Shown here: in pieces, positions 23,946 to 36,590 of the stretch
How the letters are laid out: each line of letters opens with the position of its first letter
How positions within the stretch are numbered: position 1 is the first letter of the stretch
Origin: Lama guanicoe
Lineage: Eukaryota
Length of the DNA: 64,000 nt
Assembly (NCBI GenBank): GCA_013239625.1
Contig: MU054571.1
Span: forward strand, 1,185,699-1,249,698
Direction: 5' to 3'
Notes under the pieces: model-generated
The model's database searches: none
Seen by the model: only the letters and a program-made list of their open reading frames with translations
What the model was told of the DNA's origin: nothing
Program-made: the position numbers and the translations under genes

Positions 23946-24971
23946 AAACACCCTTTTTTCTTACATACAACAGCCTTATGGACATGTAATTCATATACCA
24001 TACAATTCACCAATTGAAAGTGTACAAGTCAATGGTTTTTAGTATATTCGCAGAGTTGTATGACCATTATCGAATCCACTTTAGACATTTTCAGCACCCC
24101 CAAAGGAAACCACTGCCCATTAGCAGTCACTCTCAATTTCCCCTAAACAATCCAGTCCTAGGCAACCATTAACCTATTTTCTGTCTCTACAGATTTGCCT
24201 GTTTTGGAAATTTCATATAAATGGAATCATATGATGGTCTGTCGTGTCTGGTTTCTTTCACTTAGTGTATTTCCAGAATTCACCTAGTTGTAAGATCTAT
24301 CGGTCCTCCGTTCCCCTGTGTAGTCAGATCATATCCTGTCATGTGAATACACAACATTCACCAGTGAACATATTTGTTCACTTTGTGATTATTCCCATTC
24401 TTTGGCAACTGTGACTGATACTGCTGTGAATATTCTGTTTTGGTGCAGAGATGTGTTTTCATTTCTCTTGGGTACATACATCGAGGAGTGGATAGGCCAG
24501 GCCATAAGGCAGACTCTGTGTTTCACTGTTAGGAACTGCCGGACTGTTTCCCGAAGCAGCTGCTTGGGGAAGATTCTGCATTCCTACCAGCAGTGTATGA
24601 GAGCTCTAGCTTCTCCACAGCCTCACCGACACTTGTCACTGTTTGTCTTTCATGGAGGGTATGAAGTGGGATCTCACTGTGGTTTTGATTTCTCTTTCCC
24701 TGATGATGAGTGGTGTGGACAATCTTCTCATGTGCCTACTGGCCATTTGCACATCTTCTTTGCCTATTTCAGATCTTCATCTAGCTTTGAATCAGGTTAT
24801 CTTTTTCTTACCGAGTTGGAAGAGTTCTTACATATTCTAGATCAAGTCTGTTATCAGTTAACATGATTTGCAAATATTTTCTCTCATTCTATGTCTCTTT
24901 GCTCTCTTGATGGTGTCTTTTTATTTTTGTAATATTTTTTGAAGAGTGATTTATTTATTTATTTAGAGTTG

Positions 24972-25088
24972 TTTTTTTTTTTTTTGAGGGGCAGGTAATT
25001 AAGTTTATTTTTGGAGGCGGTACTGGGGATCTAACCTAGGACCTTGTGCACGCTAAGCGTGCACTCTACCACTTGAGCTATCCCCCCC
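24972..25088 (-). mobile_element. Camelid tRNA-Ala-derived SINE inserted in L1
   Basis: polyT, ggtaattaagtttatt, gtactggggatctaacctaggaccttgtgcacgctaagcgtgcactctaccacttgagcta. Confidence 0.9.
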
Positions 25089-25825
25089 ACGACAGTGTGT
25101 TTTAATACACAAAAGCTTTTCATTCTGTTCAAGTCTGATTTATCTATTTCTCTTTCATGACTTGTGCCTTCAGTGCTACATCTTAAAAAATCACTGTTTA
25201 ACCCAAGATCATGAAGATTAACACCCATGTTGTCTTCTAAGAATGTTACAGTTTTAGCTCTTACGTTTATGCCTTTGATCCACTTTGAGTTAATTTTTAA
25301 GGTGGGTTCCAGCTTCATTCTTTTGCCTGTTGACAGCCAGTTGTCCTAGACCATTTATGAACAGAATTACTTTCCAATGACCTGTCTCAGCATATCTGTC
25401 AAAAAATCAATTACCATAAATGTATGGGTTTATTTCTGGTCTATCAGTTCTATTCCAAAAATCTGTATGTCTATCCTTACGCCAGAACCACACTGTCTTG
25501 ATGGCTGTAGCTTTGTATTAAGTTTTGAAGTCAGGAAGGGTAAGTCTTCCAATTCTGCCCCCTTTCAAGATTGTTTTGGCTATTCTGGGGCCCTTAAATT
25601 TCTATATGAATTTTAGGGTCAGCTTGTCAATTTCTGCAAAGACTCCATCTGATTTTGATGGAGATTACACTGAATCTATGAATCAAATTAGGGAGCACTG
25701 CCATTTTAATGATAGTAAGACTTCTGATTCATGAACATGGGAGATGTTTTTCCATTTACTTAGATTTTCTTTAATTTCTTTCAACCATGATTTGTAGTTA
25801 AAACTATTACATTTATTCCTGAGTA

Positions 25826-26326
25826 CAGGCATACCTTGATTGTTTGTACTTCACCTTATTGCACTTTGCAGATATTGCATCATTTACAAAATGAAGGTTT
25901 GTGGCAACCCTGCGTTGAGCAAGTCTGTCGGCATCATTTTTCCAACGACATTTGCTCACTTTGCGTCTCTGTCACATTTTGATAATTCTCACAATGCTTC
26001 AGACTTTTCCGTTATTGTTACACTTGCTACTGTGATCTGTGATCAGTGGTCCTTAATGTTGTCAGTGCAAAAAGGTCATAGTATTATGACTTGCTGAAGG
26101 CTCGGATGACGGTTAGCATTTTTTAGCAATAAAGTGTTTAATTAAGGCTTGTATGTTGCTTTTTTAGACCTAATGCTACTGCACACTTAATAGACCACGT
26201 TACAGGGTAAACATCACTTTCATGTGCACTGGGAACCTAAAATATTTGTGTGGCTCACTTCACCGTGATATTCACTTCATTGTGGGGTCTGGGTCAGAAC
26301 CCGGAGTATCTCTGAGGTAAGGCTTG
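25826..26326 (+). mobile_element. Internally deleted Tigger1 (Tigger1a-type) DNA transposon
   Basis: ta|caggcatacct start, aaatgaaggtttgtggcaaccctgc, gctgaaggctcggatgacggttagcatttttt, end tctgaggtaaggcttg; both TIR ends present. Confidence 0.92.
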
Positions 26327-26754
26327 CATTTTACTTTTTTTTCATGGTTATTGTAAAAGGAATTATTTTCTTAATTTCATTTCAGATGGTTCCTTATAAG
26401 TGTATTAGCACTGGAGGTGATTTTTGTATCCTGATCTTGTATCCTGCAACCTTTCTGAACGTGCCTGTGAGTTCTAACAGTTTAGTGGATTCCTTAGGGC
26501 TTTCCACACCCAAGATCACGTCATCTGCAAACAGAGACAGTTTCACTTCTTTCTTTCCAATCCAGTGGGGGAAAAGCTTTCAGTCCTTCACAATTAAGTC
26601 TGATGTTATTAGCTGTGGGGTTTTTACAGATGCCCTTTTTAGGTTATGGACGTTCCCTTCGATTCCTAGTTTGTTGTTGTTGTCTAGTTGTTTTGTTTTG
26701 TTTTTTAATATTAAAGAAGTGTTGAAACTTGTCAAATGCTTTCTCTGCATGAGA

Positions 26755-26900
26755 CACGCCCTTTTGCCCTTGCACTTCCGAACCCTGTGGACTGTCCCTG
26801 CACGCCCCCCATAGCAGTTCTCACCTTTACATGTCTCTACTGCAGGGCAGTCCTGGATCATCCTACTCAAATGTCCCCAGCCACCACTCTCTCCTCCCCA
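26755..26900 (+). mobile_element. L2 relic (continuation after L1)
   Basis: cttttgcccttgcacttcc...cagtcctggatcatcctactcaaatg. Confidence 0.5.
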
Positions 26901-26989
26901 GTCAGTTATCACATATCCTTCCAAAGCACTCAGCCATTTTATTATATGCACAAATTTTGATAAATTTGCATCAGGGTTAGTATTTGCCA

Positions 26990-27175
26990 GCATGTATTCC
27001 ACATTTTAATCCTCGTGGCAACCTTACTTGGTAGATGACATTACCACCATTGTATAGATGTCAAGGTTGAAAGAGAAACCAAGTTCTTGCTCAAGGTCGT
27101 GCAGGTTGTAGGTGGCAGACTCAGGACTCACACCCAGGTCCCCAGCTCCTGAGCCCGCTCTCTCAAACATCTGCT
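26990..27175 (-). mobile_element. MIR SINE relic
   Basis: tttaatcctcgtggcaacct...cttgctcaaggtcgtgcag...ggtggcagactcaggactcacacccagg. Confidence 0.75.
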
Positions 27176-28848
27176 AGCGTGCCTCCCAATGAGTGCTCTC
27201 ACTAGCGTCCTACCTTGTTCTCTATCTTTACACAAGCACTGCCAAGCTCACTTACTGCTGTATTTTTAGCATCTAACACTGAGCACAGCAGGTGTTAACA
27301 AGTACTTGGTGAGTAAATGGAACCTGGTCTTAGCATGGCCCATAGGAAGAGGTCCACGGGACTCTGGTGAACACTGCCCACTGTGCACGCCACAGAGAGT
27401 CACAGAGGCTCCCCCGTTTTTGAGATCCTTCAGTAAAGAAGGTTGTCTCACTTGAATCCAATGTTTATAAGACTCACGGGAGCACAAAACCAATCTCTGC
27501 CATTAACAGTGTAGAGAGGTGTGTTCCGGGGATCCTGCAAATGTTTGGGATCCATAAATTATCACAGAGGTAACTTTAATTTTCTCAGAGCTCTGGCTTG
27601 TTGAATGTCATTCAAACAAATTCGCCCTTCACAATGTCCTTTGACCTTTACTCAGAATGCAGGCAAAATCAATGACGTGTCAACCACAAAACATTCACAT
27701 TTCTCTCTTCTTACTGTAACGCTGCTGTTTAAATCATGGCTTCAGATGGAGAGTGACTCCAAGATCTTCCCATCTCAGCTCTCCCAGGCTTCCAGGTCCC
27801 CCACCTGAACTCTTCCTGCATAAAGGGAAAGAAAAATTTCTGCTTTGAAATCTAAGAAAGAAATCAGCAAACAAAATAAGACAATCACATGTATGAGCAG
27901 AGCCAGACCTGCCGCGGGGATTAATTTTCTGCTTCTAAAGAGCTTTCTTCCTTCCAATTATTCACGAACATTGGCAACTACAAATTATAGGCAGTGGTTA
28001 GAGTATCTTCTTAAACACCTTATAAAAAATACTCAATTAAAAAATACATTTTTTTGCCCTTCATTGTAAACTCAATGAATTGAGTCATTCCTATATAACA
28101 GTCCTCCAAAGCTCTAATTTTTCTGTGGCAATGAAATTTTACATTTGGTCTAAAGGCAAGAGCTACCCTGAGCACATATGAGGCCTTCCAAAACACAAAA
28201 TTACATCGGACCCAAATAAGGGGCTTTGGGAAAGAAGCCTTGTAACAAAGTAAGACTTAAGAAGCCAGAGAATAGTTGAAACTCCTCAAAGAGCTGGATA
28301 CATCTAACCAGAGGGAGATGGCAAAGGCCCGGGTCGTTAAAAGCAGAGAGACAGCAGATAAGGAAGTTAAGAGACTACAGTAACCGTCTAGGGCAGCCGG
28401 AGTGAGGGACTGGGCTGGAACTTGGTCCACGCCATTAATTCCAGGCAGAGAAAATCTTCAACGTTCATTTTCCTCAAAGGCTGGGGAAAGAGGGAACACC
28501 CTACCCGCACTGGAAGCACCACAGAGTAGGGCTAAGAGAAACATCCTTCCCTGCCTGGTTTTCCTAACTGCGTGCAATGTGCATCCAGGCTGACTTGCGC
28601 GGTGATACGCTAGTTCCTGACACTCAGAAGGCCGGCCGCCTGTGGCACCCCGATGACTCAGCCCGGGAGAGGGGCCCCCCAGGCACAGGCAGGGCTCCAG
28701 CCCTGAGATCCCAGACGGAAGCAGGGAACAGAAGCAGGTCTGGTAGTTGGTTGGTGGTTAGCTGGTCAGTGGCTAAGACACAGAGGCTTTGGGAAGTCTC
28801 TTGTTTGAGGACCTAATGAGGCAACTCCCCCACCCCTCCCCCACCACA

Positions 28849-28977
28849 NNNNNNNNNNNNNNNNNNNNNNNNNNNNNNNNNNNNNNNNNNNNNNNNNNNN
28901 NNNNNNNNNNNNNNNNNNNNNNNNNNNNNNNNNNNNNNNNNNNNNNNNNNNNNNNNNNNNNNNNNNNNNNNNNNNNN
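28849..28977. other. Assembly gap (129 N) within C-rich low-complexity tract
   Basis: Run of N flanked by ccccac-type runs on both sides. Confidence 0.99.
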
Positions 28978-30311
28978 ACACCCCACCCACCCCTCACCCA
29001 CCACATCCCCACCCCGCCACGTCTGTTCAGCACTTTATTGTATTATCTTTTGAAGACGTCACCTAAGGAAAGAGGCCAGTCAAGCACAGAAGGCCTGAAC
29101 TGGACAGCAGCCAAGGACATGCCAGCACCATAAAGGGCAGAGCTGGAGTCAGTATGCAGTTTGGGGAAGCACATGGCAGGCATGGGGTCAGAGCCTCCTA
29201 CCTGGTGTAGAAAGAATGGGGGTTTGTCTCCAGAAACCCAGACTGAGGCAACCAACAAGGAAATGAGCCTGTGGTGATGAGGGGGGTGGGGTTGGCGGAG
29301 GTGTGGGGGGGGTGGTAAGTCAACCGTGAGAAGTTCCCACAAGGCAAAAAAACAAAACAAAACAAAACAGTCACCAGTGCTTGGTGAACTTCAGACAGGT
29401 GTGAACTCATGACCTGAAGCCACAAAGATGGTTGCGGTAAACACAGACGAAACATGGGGTTTAAGGAGAGAGGGTTTTTGTGCCCCCCCAAAATATTTTC
29501 CTTCCTCCTCCACAAATCTATTTATTACTGAAAAGCTCTGGAGTTTTGGGAGCTGGGCTAGACTCATGTCAGCCTCTCTTTCCTGAGACTCTTCCTCTAT
29601 ATACTAAGCTGGGGAGGATGTACCTGCTTTAGGAAGGAGACCCTCTTTCCAGACTGGCTATAGAGGAAGGAAAAATAAAATTATTCAAAAAGAAAAAAGC
29701 CGAAGAAAACCAAAAGAAGCCAAGAGGCAGGGGCTGGAGAGGAAATCCTCATCTCCCTCTCTTCTTAGAGATCATCGCTCTCTGTCCTTGGCCCGTCCCT
29801 CCAGCATCCTCTAGCGCAGAGTGTGCAGAGGGAACCCCTTGGGATTCCACAGCCACGACCCAAGAAAGAAAATCTGCAGTGGAGCACATGAGCCCAAAGA
29901 CCAAGGAGCTTGAAAGGCCTGAATCTGAAATGCTTTAGTTCTAAGGACCTGGTTTGTCCAAAGACAAAGGAAAACCTCAGCCACGAGACAATAAAACTTC
30001 AGAATATCATCTCTGACAGGGAAACAAAACAACAAATCTGCCTCCATGCCCTCAAGATCACTTGGGAAAGACAAAAGAGCAAGACCACCATCAGGAAAGG
30101 GTTCAGGCTAAGGGAGAGGTTGAAGTTTAATTAAACGAGAGGGAAAAAACTCCAGAGGAGACGGGGCACCGGGGGTGGAGGATCATCAGTGTGGTTTTAG
30201 AGCAGCCGGAAGAGGCACTCAGCTCCACGTCAGACCCAGAGGTCCCGTCCAGGCTCTTTAGGACTCATTCCACCCTTCTAAAGCACATCTTCCTGGTCAA
30301 AAATAAACTTT

Positions 30312-30504
30312 CACACAGATAACCAACAATACAGCACAGGGAACTCTACTCAGTATCTTGTAATAACCTATGACGGAGAAGAATCTGAAAAAGAATATAT
30401 ACATACATGTATATGCATGACTGAATCACTTTGCTGGACACCTGAAACTAACACGACATTTTAAATCAACTATACTTCAGTTAAAGAAAAAAAGGTAAAA
30501 AATT
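30312..30504 (+). mobile_element. Short L1 3'UTR insertion with TSD
   Basis: acagcacagggaactctactcagtatcttgtaataaccta...aaatcaactatacttca; AAATAAACTTT at 30301-30311 and 30505-30515. Confidence 0.9.
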
Positions 30505-30560
30505 AAATAAACTTTTGCTGGACTTTCAGGTGAGTACCTCTATGCAAAACTCTGACAGGA

Positions 30561-30978
30561 GAATGTCATTCTAAGTGAAGTAAGCCAGAAAGAGAAAGAA
30601 AAATACCACATGATAGCACTTATATGTGGAAATCAAAAAAAAATACAAATGAACTTATTTACAAAACAGAAACAGATTCACAGACATAGAAAACAAACTT
30701 ATGGTTACCAGGGTGGGGAAGGAGTGGGGAAGGGATAAATTGGGAGTTCAAGATTTGCAGATACTAATTACTATATATGAAACAGACAAACAACAATTTT
30801 CTGCTGTGCAGCACAGGGAACCATATTCAATATCTTGCAGTGGCCTATGGTGAAGAAGAACATGAGAACGAATGTATGCATGTTCCTATGTGACTGAAGC
30901 ATTGTGCTGTCCACCAGAAACTGACACATTGTAAACCGACTGTACTTCAACAAAAACATATTAAAAACAAAGAACAAG
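30561..30978 (+). mobile_element. L1 3'UTR insertion with TSD
   Basis: ctaagtgaagtaagccagaaagagaaag...acagacatagaaaacaaacttatggttacc...; TSD aaactctgacagga (30547-30560) / aaactccgatagga (30979-30992). Confidence 0.93.
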
Positions 30979-31132
30979 AAACTCCGATAGGACCAATTGC
31001 ATCTGGAGGGGAGATTACGGCCAGGAAAGGCAGACTTTTATCTTAAAGTTTCTGGAGACTTGGGCTGGACAGGAGGTGTGGTGGAGGTGCCCACGGTGAA
31101 GGCAGGTTTCAGTAAGCTGTCGTCTCACAGTA

Positions 31133-31475
31133 CAGTTGCCCTTCGGTATCTGAAGGGGATTGGTTCTGACCTCCTTGGATACCAAAATCCTCAGATGCTC
31201 AAATCCCTTATAGAAAATGGTGTAGTATTTGCATATAATCTATGCACATCCCCCCCACGTACCTTAAACCATTTCTAGATGACATATAATACCTAATACA
31301 ACATACACGCTTTGTAAATAATTGTAAGTACAACGCTATGCTATGGAAATAGTTGCCTGTTTGCAGTAAATTCAAGTTTTGCTTTTGGGATCTTTCTGGA
31401 ATTTTTTCCCCCGAATATTTTCAATCTGTTGGTCGAATCCAGGGACGCAGAACCTGCAGACTCGGAGGCTGACTG
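31133..31475 (+). mobile_element. MER2-type (MER2B-like) TcMar-Tigger MITE
   Basis: TA|cagttgcccttcggtatc...gataccaaaatcc...tgtagtatttgcatataa...ggaggctgactg|TA; TA duplication on both sides. Confidence 0.9.
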
Positions 31476-32437
31476 TACTTAACTCCCACAGTGTCAGGGG
31501 CCTCTGGGTCCAGAGTGTTTCGCAGAAACTTGTCCCCCTCACCAGGCATCTGAGAGTCCCGCCTTACGGACTCCAGGAAAGAAGCGCCCCAAGACCTAAC
31601 TTTCACTCCGGCTATTTTCTTACCTTAGATGCTTAGAGCAATGAAAGGAGGGTCTTAAAGACATTTTCACCAAGCCGCAGGCACTTCCTCTTCACCCCCA
31701 AACAAACCTCAAGAAACCTCTGGGATTCAGCTCAGACGCCTCCAGTTTCTAGAAGGCCTACCTGTCTGCCTCCCTTCTTGCTCAGGGTCCTTTCTCCCTC
31801 CTCAATTGTGCCAAAAACCTGGTTACAAATGACGAATAGAAAAGTTTATTCTCAACCACCCTGGGTTGGATTAGCCACAGCAATAATAGTAATAATAATA
31901 ATAATTTTTTAAAAATTAATCATTTCTATTATTTGAACATTTATAAAAGTATCTCCAAATCAGCAAAACCATGTGCCTGTTAGAGGGCGTCCACTGACGG
32001 GCACTACGCAATACCCCACAAGCATCTCCAAGGGTATGCAACAGTGTGGGGGCAGCCCCGTTCTACCAGCCCTCAGACAGGGACTTCACTATAATGGTGC
32101 CCCAAGCAAGGTGTTATGCTGCTAGCGTCCATTCCAGGACCACACAAGTTGATGGAAAAACCATTAGTAAGTGCCTGGACTGGACTGTGCAGGAGCCAAG
32201 GTTGGCGGCAAGTGAGAAATGACAGCAGGGAGGGCAAAGTGGGGGCGGGGCACCAGGGACACTGACAGCGTGGGGCTCCCTTCCAAGATCCCTGAGCTCA
32301 GTGTCGCCTTTAGAAAGAGGAAAGGATGGTTTTCAATGACACACTGAGGTTGTCAAGGCTTCACTTTAATATGGGAGAGGGGTGCTCAGACAGCTTGGAC
32401 AAGGAATAAATAATACACCATTTTAAGAGTACTAACA

Positions 32438-32566
32438 NNNNNNNNNNNNNNNNNNNNNNNNNNNNNNNNNNNNNNNNNNNNNNNNNNNNNNNNNNNNNNN
32501 NNNNNNNNNNNNNNNNNNNNNNNNNNNNNNNNNNNNNNNNNNNNNNNNNNNNNNNNNNNNNNNNNN
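32438..32566. other. Assembly gap (129 N)
   Basis: Run of N. Confidence 0.99.
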
Positions 32567-32932
32567 GAAGTAAATCAGAAAGAGAAAGACAAATACCACA
32601 TGATATCACTTATATGTGGAATGTTAAAAAAAAAAGACACAAATGAACTTACTTACAAAACAGAAAGACTCACAGACATAGAAAACAAACCTGTGGTTAT
32701 AGGGGGATGGGAGGGGATGGAGGGATAAATTGGGAGTCTGGGATTTGCAGATACTAACTAGTATATATAAAATAGATAAACAACAAGGTGGACTACATTC
32801 AATGCCTTGTAATAGCCCATAATGATAAAGAACATGAAAAGGAATATAGATACATATATGTAACTAAATCACTATGCTGTACTCCAGAAATTAACACAAC
32901 ACTGTAAACTGACTACACCTCAATATTTTAAA
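32567..32932 (+). mobile_element. L1 3'UTR (5' end hidden in gap)
   Basis: Same L1 3'UTR family as 30561; probable TSD aagagtactaac (32425-32436) / aagagtgcttac (32933-32944). Confidence 0.92.
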
Positions 32933-33894
32933 AAGAGTGCTTACTTGTCAAGTGATTTATCAGAGACATTGTGATCTTGCACCATCATGCTTGTCCTATT
33001 TTTAAACATTAGGATCATATCCATAGAACAGTAAATATTTTCCCAAATACTGGATTTTTTCCTGAGTAAATGTTGGTAGTTTTCACTAAGTAAGGTATAG
33101 CAAATGCATTTCAAAGTACAATTTGACCGTGCCAACCTTTTCATACTTCACTTCTCTTAACCGAGAGAATTTCTTATGTAATTTTTTTTCTCTAAAATGG
33201 GACTGTGCATTGTCATAAGCTGGTGTCTGACCTTGTGTGTTTTTCGTATTTCACAGGCATGAGTCCAGCGCTCAGCAAGCAGAGGCGGACAGACTGACGG
33301 GGACCAGTGGACACAGCTCACTCCCCATGAGAGGGCTTCTGGCAGTCAGCAAGCCACCAGCTGCGCAAAGATGCTCACAGTCAAAATAGCAACTGACGTG
33401 GGGACACATGAAGGGGAGGGAGCTAAAATAAGCACACAGTCCTCCCTGGTGAGATCCAGAAGGGCCACCACCCCCCTGTCCTTGGGGACACTTTCCTCCG
33501 GGGACACGTCTCCCACTTTTTAGGTTTTCTGCTGCCATACACCCCGTCACAGCACAGGCTCTTAAAGGGCGACGCCAGGTCCTCGTGTGTCTTCAGATGC
33601 ACTCCCTTCTTAAAGCCCTGGGAGGTGCTCTGCTTCACAGTTCAAAGGATGTGTGTGTTGTCCAAAATCACAAGCAGAAAAATAAAGTTAACAGGCCAAA
33701 TTCTCAATATGAAGTTCTCTCGTATTATTATTTTTTTTGAGTTCTTTGGTGCCTCCAACCACTTGCCTAAGAGCAACCACAAAAATGAGTAAACAAGTAG
33801 CAAACATTGAAGAAAAACTCAGCCTGCCGTTTGACAGACAAACGTGCTTGTGATCTATGTGAATCTGATTTTATACTGTTCAGAGCATCCAAAT

Positions 33895-34240
33895 ACAGAG
33901 CTCTGTGCCCCTCAGAATTAATCTGCTGAAATCCTAATCCCCAAGGTGATGGTGTGGAGCTGGGCCTTTGGGGTGCTTAGGTCATGAGGGTGGAGCCCTT
34001 GTGATGAGATTAGTGCCCTAATAGAAGGGACAGAGAGAGCTTGCTTCTTCCCTCTGCTCTCCACCTGGGGAGGACACAGCAAGGGGGCCGTCTGCAAAGC
34101 AGGCAGTGAGTCCCAGCCAGGAAATGAACCTGCCGGCTGGCTGATCTCAGACTTCCCAGCCCCAGAACCATGAGAAATAAACGTTGATTGTGTAAGCACC
34201 CAGTCTGCGGTGTTTTGCTATAACAGTCTGAACTAAGATG
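33895..34240 (+). mobile_element. MLT1A-type MaLR solo LTR
   Basis: gaaatcctaatccccaaggtgatgg...taggtcatgagggtggagccct...gacttcccagccccagaaccatgagaaataaa...aactaaga. Confidence 0.9.
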
Positions 34241-34274
34241 TATAGTAACAGCCAACTTTTATGTTTACAAATTA

Positions 34275-34450
34275 AATATATATACACACATATATGAATA
34301 TATATTTAACATATCTGTATATATTTATTTCTATATGTATTTATTTCTATATATTATTTAATAGCTATTTATTCAATGTCTGTGTGTGTATATACACTAT
34401 ATATACATACATATACACATCACATGTGCACATATACATACATATATTTG
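34275..34450. repeat. Degenerate (TA)n/(CA)n low-complexity tract
   Basis: AT-rich alternating repeats. Confidence 0.85.
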
Positions 34451-34926
34451 TAATTATAATAAGAAAACATACAATGGGCCAAACTGCAAAACGGAATGCA
34501 ACATTTCAACAGTTCACAGTGTGTCTCAAAGGGTCTGACTTTCTCTAAGTGTTCTTAAACCTCAACAAGCCTGAAAATTACCACATGAGAACACCTTCAC
34601 GGGCAATTCCAAGAGGCACTCTAGATGTACAGCCACCACAGCAAGAAGAGGACCAAGGCCCTTCACAGCACCACGGGCCCAGGAGTGCACTGCTTCCTGC
34701 ACCGGATGCACATGTGGTGGACTCAAAGCAACCACCATACCGTGACCCATCTTTGGACTCCTAAACTCAGTCGACCCTTGAAATTCAGCAACTGATGAGG
34801 GTAAATATTTTCTATCGCTCTTTGCTGGCTTTTAGGTGCACATTGTCATGAAAATAAGATGAGTATGCTACACCTGCTCTTTTCTCCCCAAGTGAACAAG
34901 AAACACCAAATTAAAAAACCTATTGA

Positions 34927-35607
34927 GGTGCAGCCACTGTGGGAAACAGTTCGGAGATTCCTTGAAAAATGAAAAATAGTTACTATATGATCCAGCAATC
35001 CCACTCCAGGGCACATTATCAGAGGCTCTAATTCAAAAAGACACATNNNNNNNNNNNNNNNNNNNNNNNNNNNNNNNNNNNNNNNNNNNNNNNNNNNNNN
35101 NNNNNNNNNNNNNNNNNNNNNNNNNNNNNNNNNNNNNNNNNNNNNNNNNNNNNNNNNNNNNNNNNNNNNNNNNNNNNNNNNNNNNNNNNNNNNNNNNNNN
35201 NNNNNNNNNNNNNNNNNNNNNNNNNNNNNNNNNNNNNNNNNNATCAAGTCAAAGACAAATATATGATATCACTTATACATGCAATCTAAACAAAGATACA
35301 AATGAACTTATTTACAAAACAGAAACAGACTCACAGACACAGAAAACAAACTTAATAGTTACCAAAGGGGAAAGAAGGGGGGATAAACTAGGAGTCTGGG
35401 ATTAGCAGATACAAACTACTATATATAAAATAGATAAACAACAAGGACCTACTGGAGAACACAGGGAACTGTATTCAATAGCTTGTAATAACCTATAATA
35501 AAAAGGAATATAAAAAAGAATATATATACACATATATAAAACTGAATCACTGTGCTGTACACCAGAAACTAACACAACACTGTAAATCAAATGTACCTCA
35601 ATTCAAG
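34927..35607 (+). mobile_element. L1 3' fragment spanning an N-gap, perfect 13-bp TSD
   Basis: ggtgcagccactgtgggaaacagt...gatccagcaatcccact before the gap, L1 3'UTR after; AAAAACCTATTGA at 34914-34926 and 35608-35620. Confidence 0.93.
35047..35242. other. Assembly gap (196 N)
   Basis: Run of N. Confidence 0.99.
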
Positions 35608-35991
35608 AAAAACCTATTGACATGCAAACTGTGTTTGACAAGAAATACACACACTGAAGGCTGGTGTTCACCACTGGACATACTCTATGTATCATACGTC
35701 ATGACAGACAAGGGAGCAATGGGTCCTGACTGTCTCTGTTCACTGTCCCCTCCTCCGGTACCTGCTACAGAGGTGGCTCTCAAGAGCTTCAGGTATGAGG
35801 AGAGTCTTTCCAAGGCCACCACTGCCTTGTACGTGCCCCATGCCAGCAATTGTGTGTTTAGTTAAGACAATGTGGAAAGGCTGCTAGGAACTCAGCAATG
35901 CACCTCCCAGGTTTGCGTTTTGTAAGTCACAGCACTTAGGAGCATTTAAGGTAGTGCACTGGTGAGTCCCAACGCTCAGGACAGCACACCA

Positions 35992-36590
35992 ACAGACCCC
36001 GGAGACTCCACAGGCTGGGTTCCAGGTGACCACAGCGAAGTGCGTACTGCAGTAAGGTGAGTCACACCGGGTTCCTGGTCTCCCAGCACATATAAAAGTT
36101 ACATCCTCACTACTCTGTAGCCTATTAAGTGTGCAATAGCATTATGTCTAGAAAAAACAAAATATATATCTTAAAAATATTTTATTGCTAGTGGGGAGGG
36201 TAGAGCTCAGTGGTCGAGCATGTGCTTAACATGCATGAGGTCCTGGGTTCAACCCTCAGGACTTCCGTTAAATAAATAAATAAACCTAATTGCCTCCTCC
36301 CAGAACAAAAAAAATGCTTTTTAATATTTTATTGTTAAAAATGCAAACCGTCATCTGAGTGACTTGAGCGAGCTGTAGCGGTAACAAAGATCCCTGATCA
36401 CAGATCACCGTAACACATATAAGGATAATGAGAACGTTTGAAATATTGTGAGAATGATCACATGCGACACAGAGATATGAAGTGAGCAAATGCTGTTAGA
36501 AAAAAGGCACCGATAGACTTGCCCAATGTAGGGTTGCCACAAATCTTCAATTTGTAAAAACAAAAAAAAACAGAAATAGTTTTCTGCAGT
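35992..36590 (-). mobile_element. Internally deleted Tigger1 (Tigger1a-type), split by a SINE
   Basis: tattaagtgtgcaatagcattatgtcta and tgatcacagatcacc...agggttgccacaaatcttcaatttgtaaaaa are reverse complements of the copy at 25826-26326. Confidence 0.9.
36191..36322 (+). mobile_element. Camelid tRNA-Ala-derived SINE inserted in Tigger1
   Basis: ggggagggtagagctcagtggtcgagcatgtgcttaacatgcatgaggtcctgggttcaa; TSD aatattttattgcta (36176-36190) / aatattttattgtta (36323-36337). Confidence 0.92.

Larger units (their letters stand above)
23955..26750 (-). mobile_element. Old L1 (L1MB-like) 3' part, interrupted by a SINE and a Tigger1 derivative
   Basis: taattcatataccatacaattcacc 3'UTR; reverse ORF2 remnants (KINSKWIKGINVRAKT in ORF track); tcatctgcaaacagagacagttt after the Tigger. 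Confidence 0.93.
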
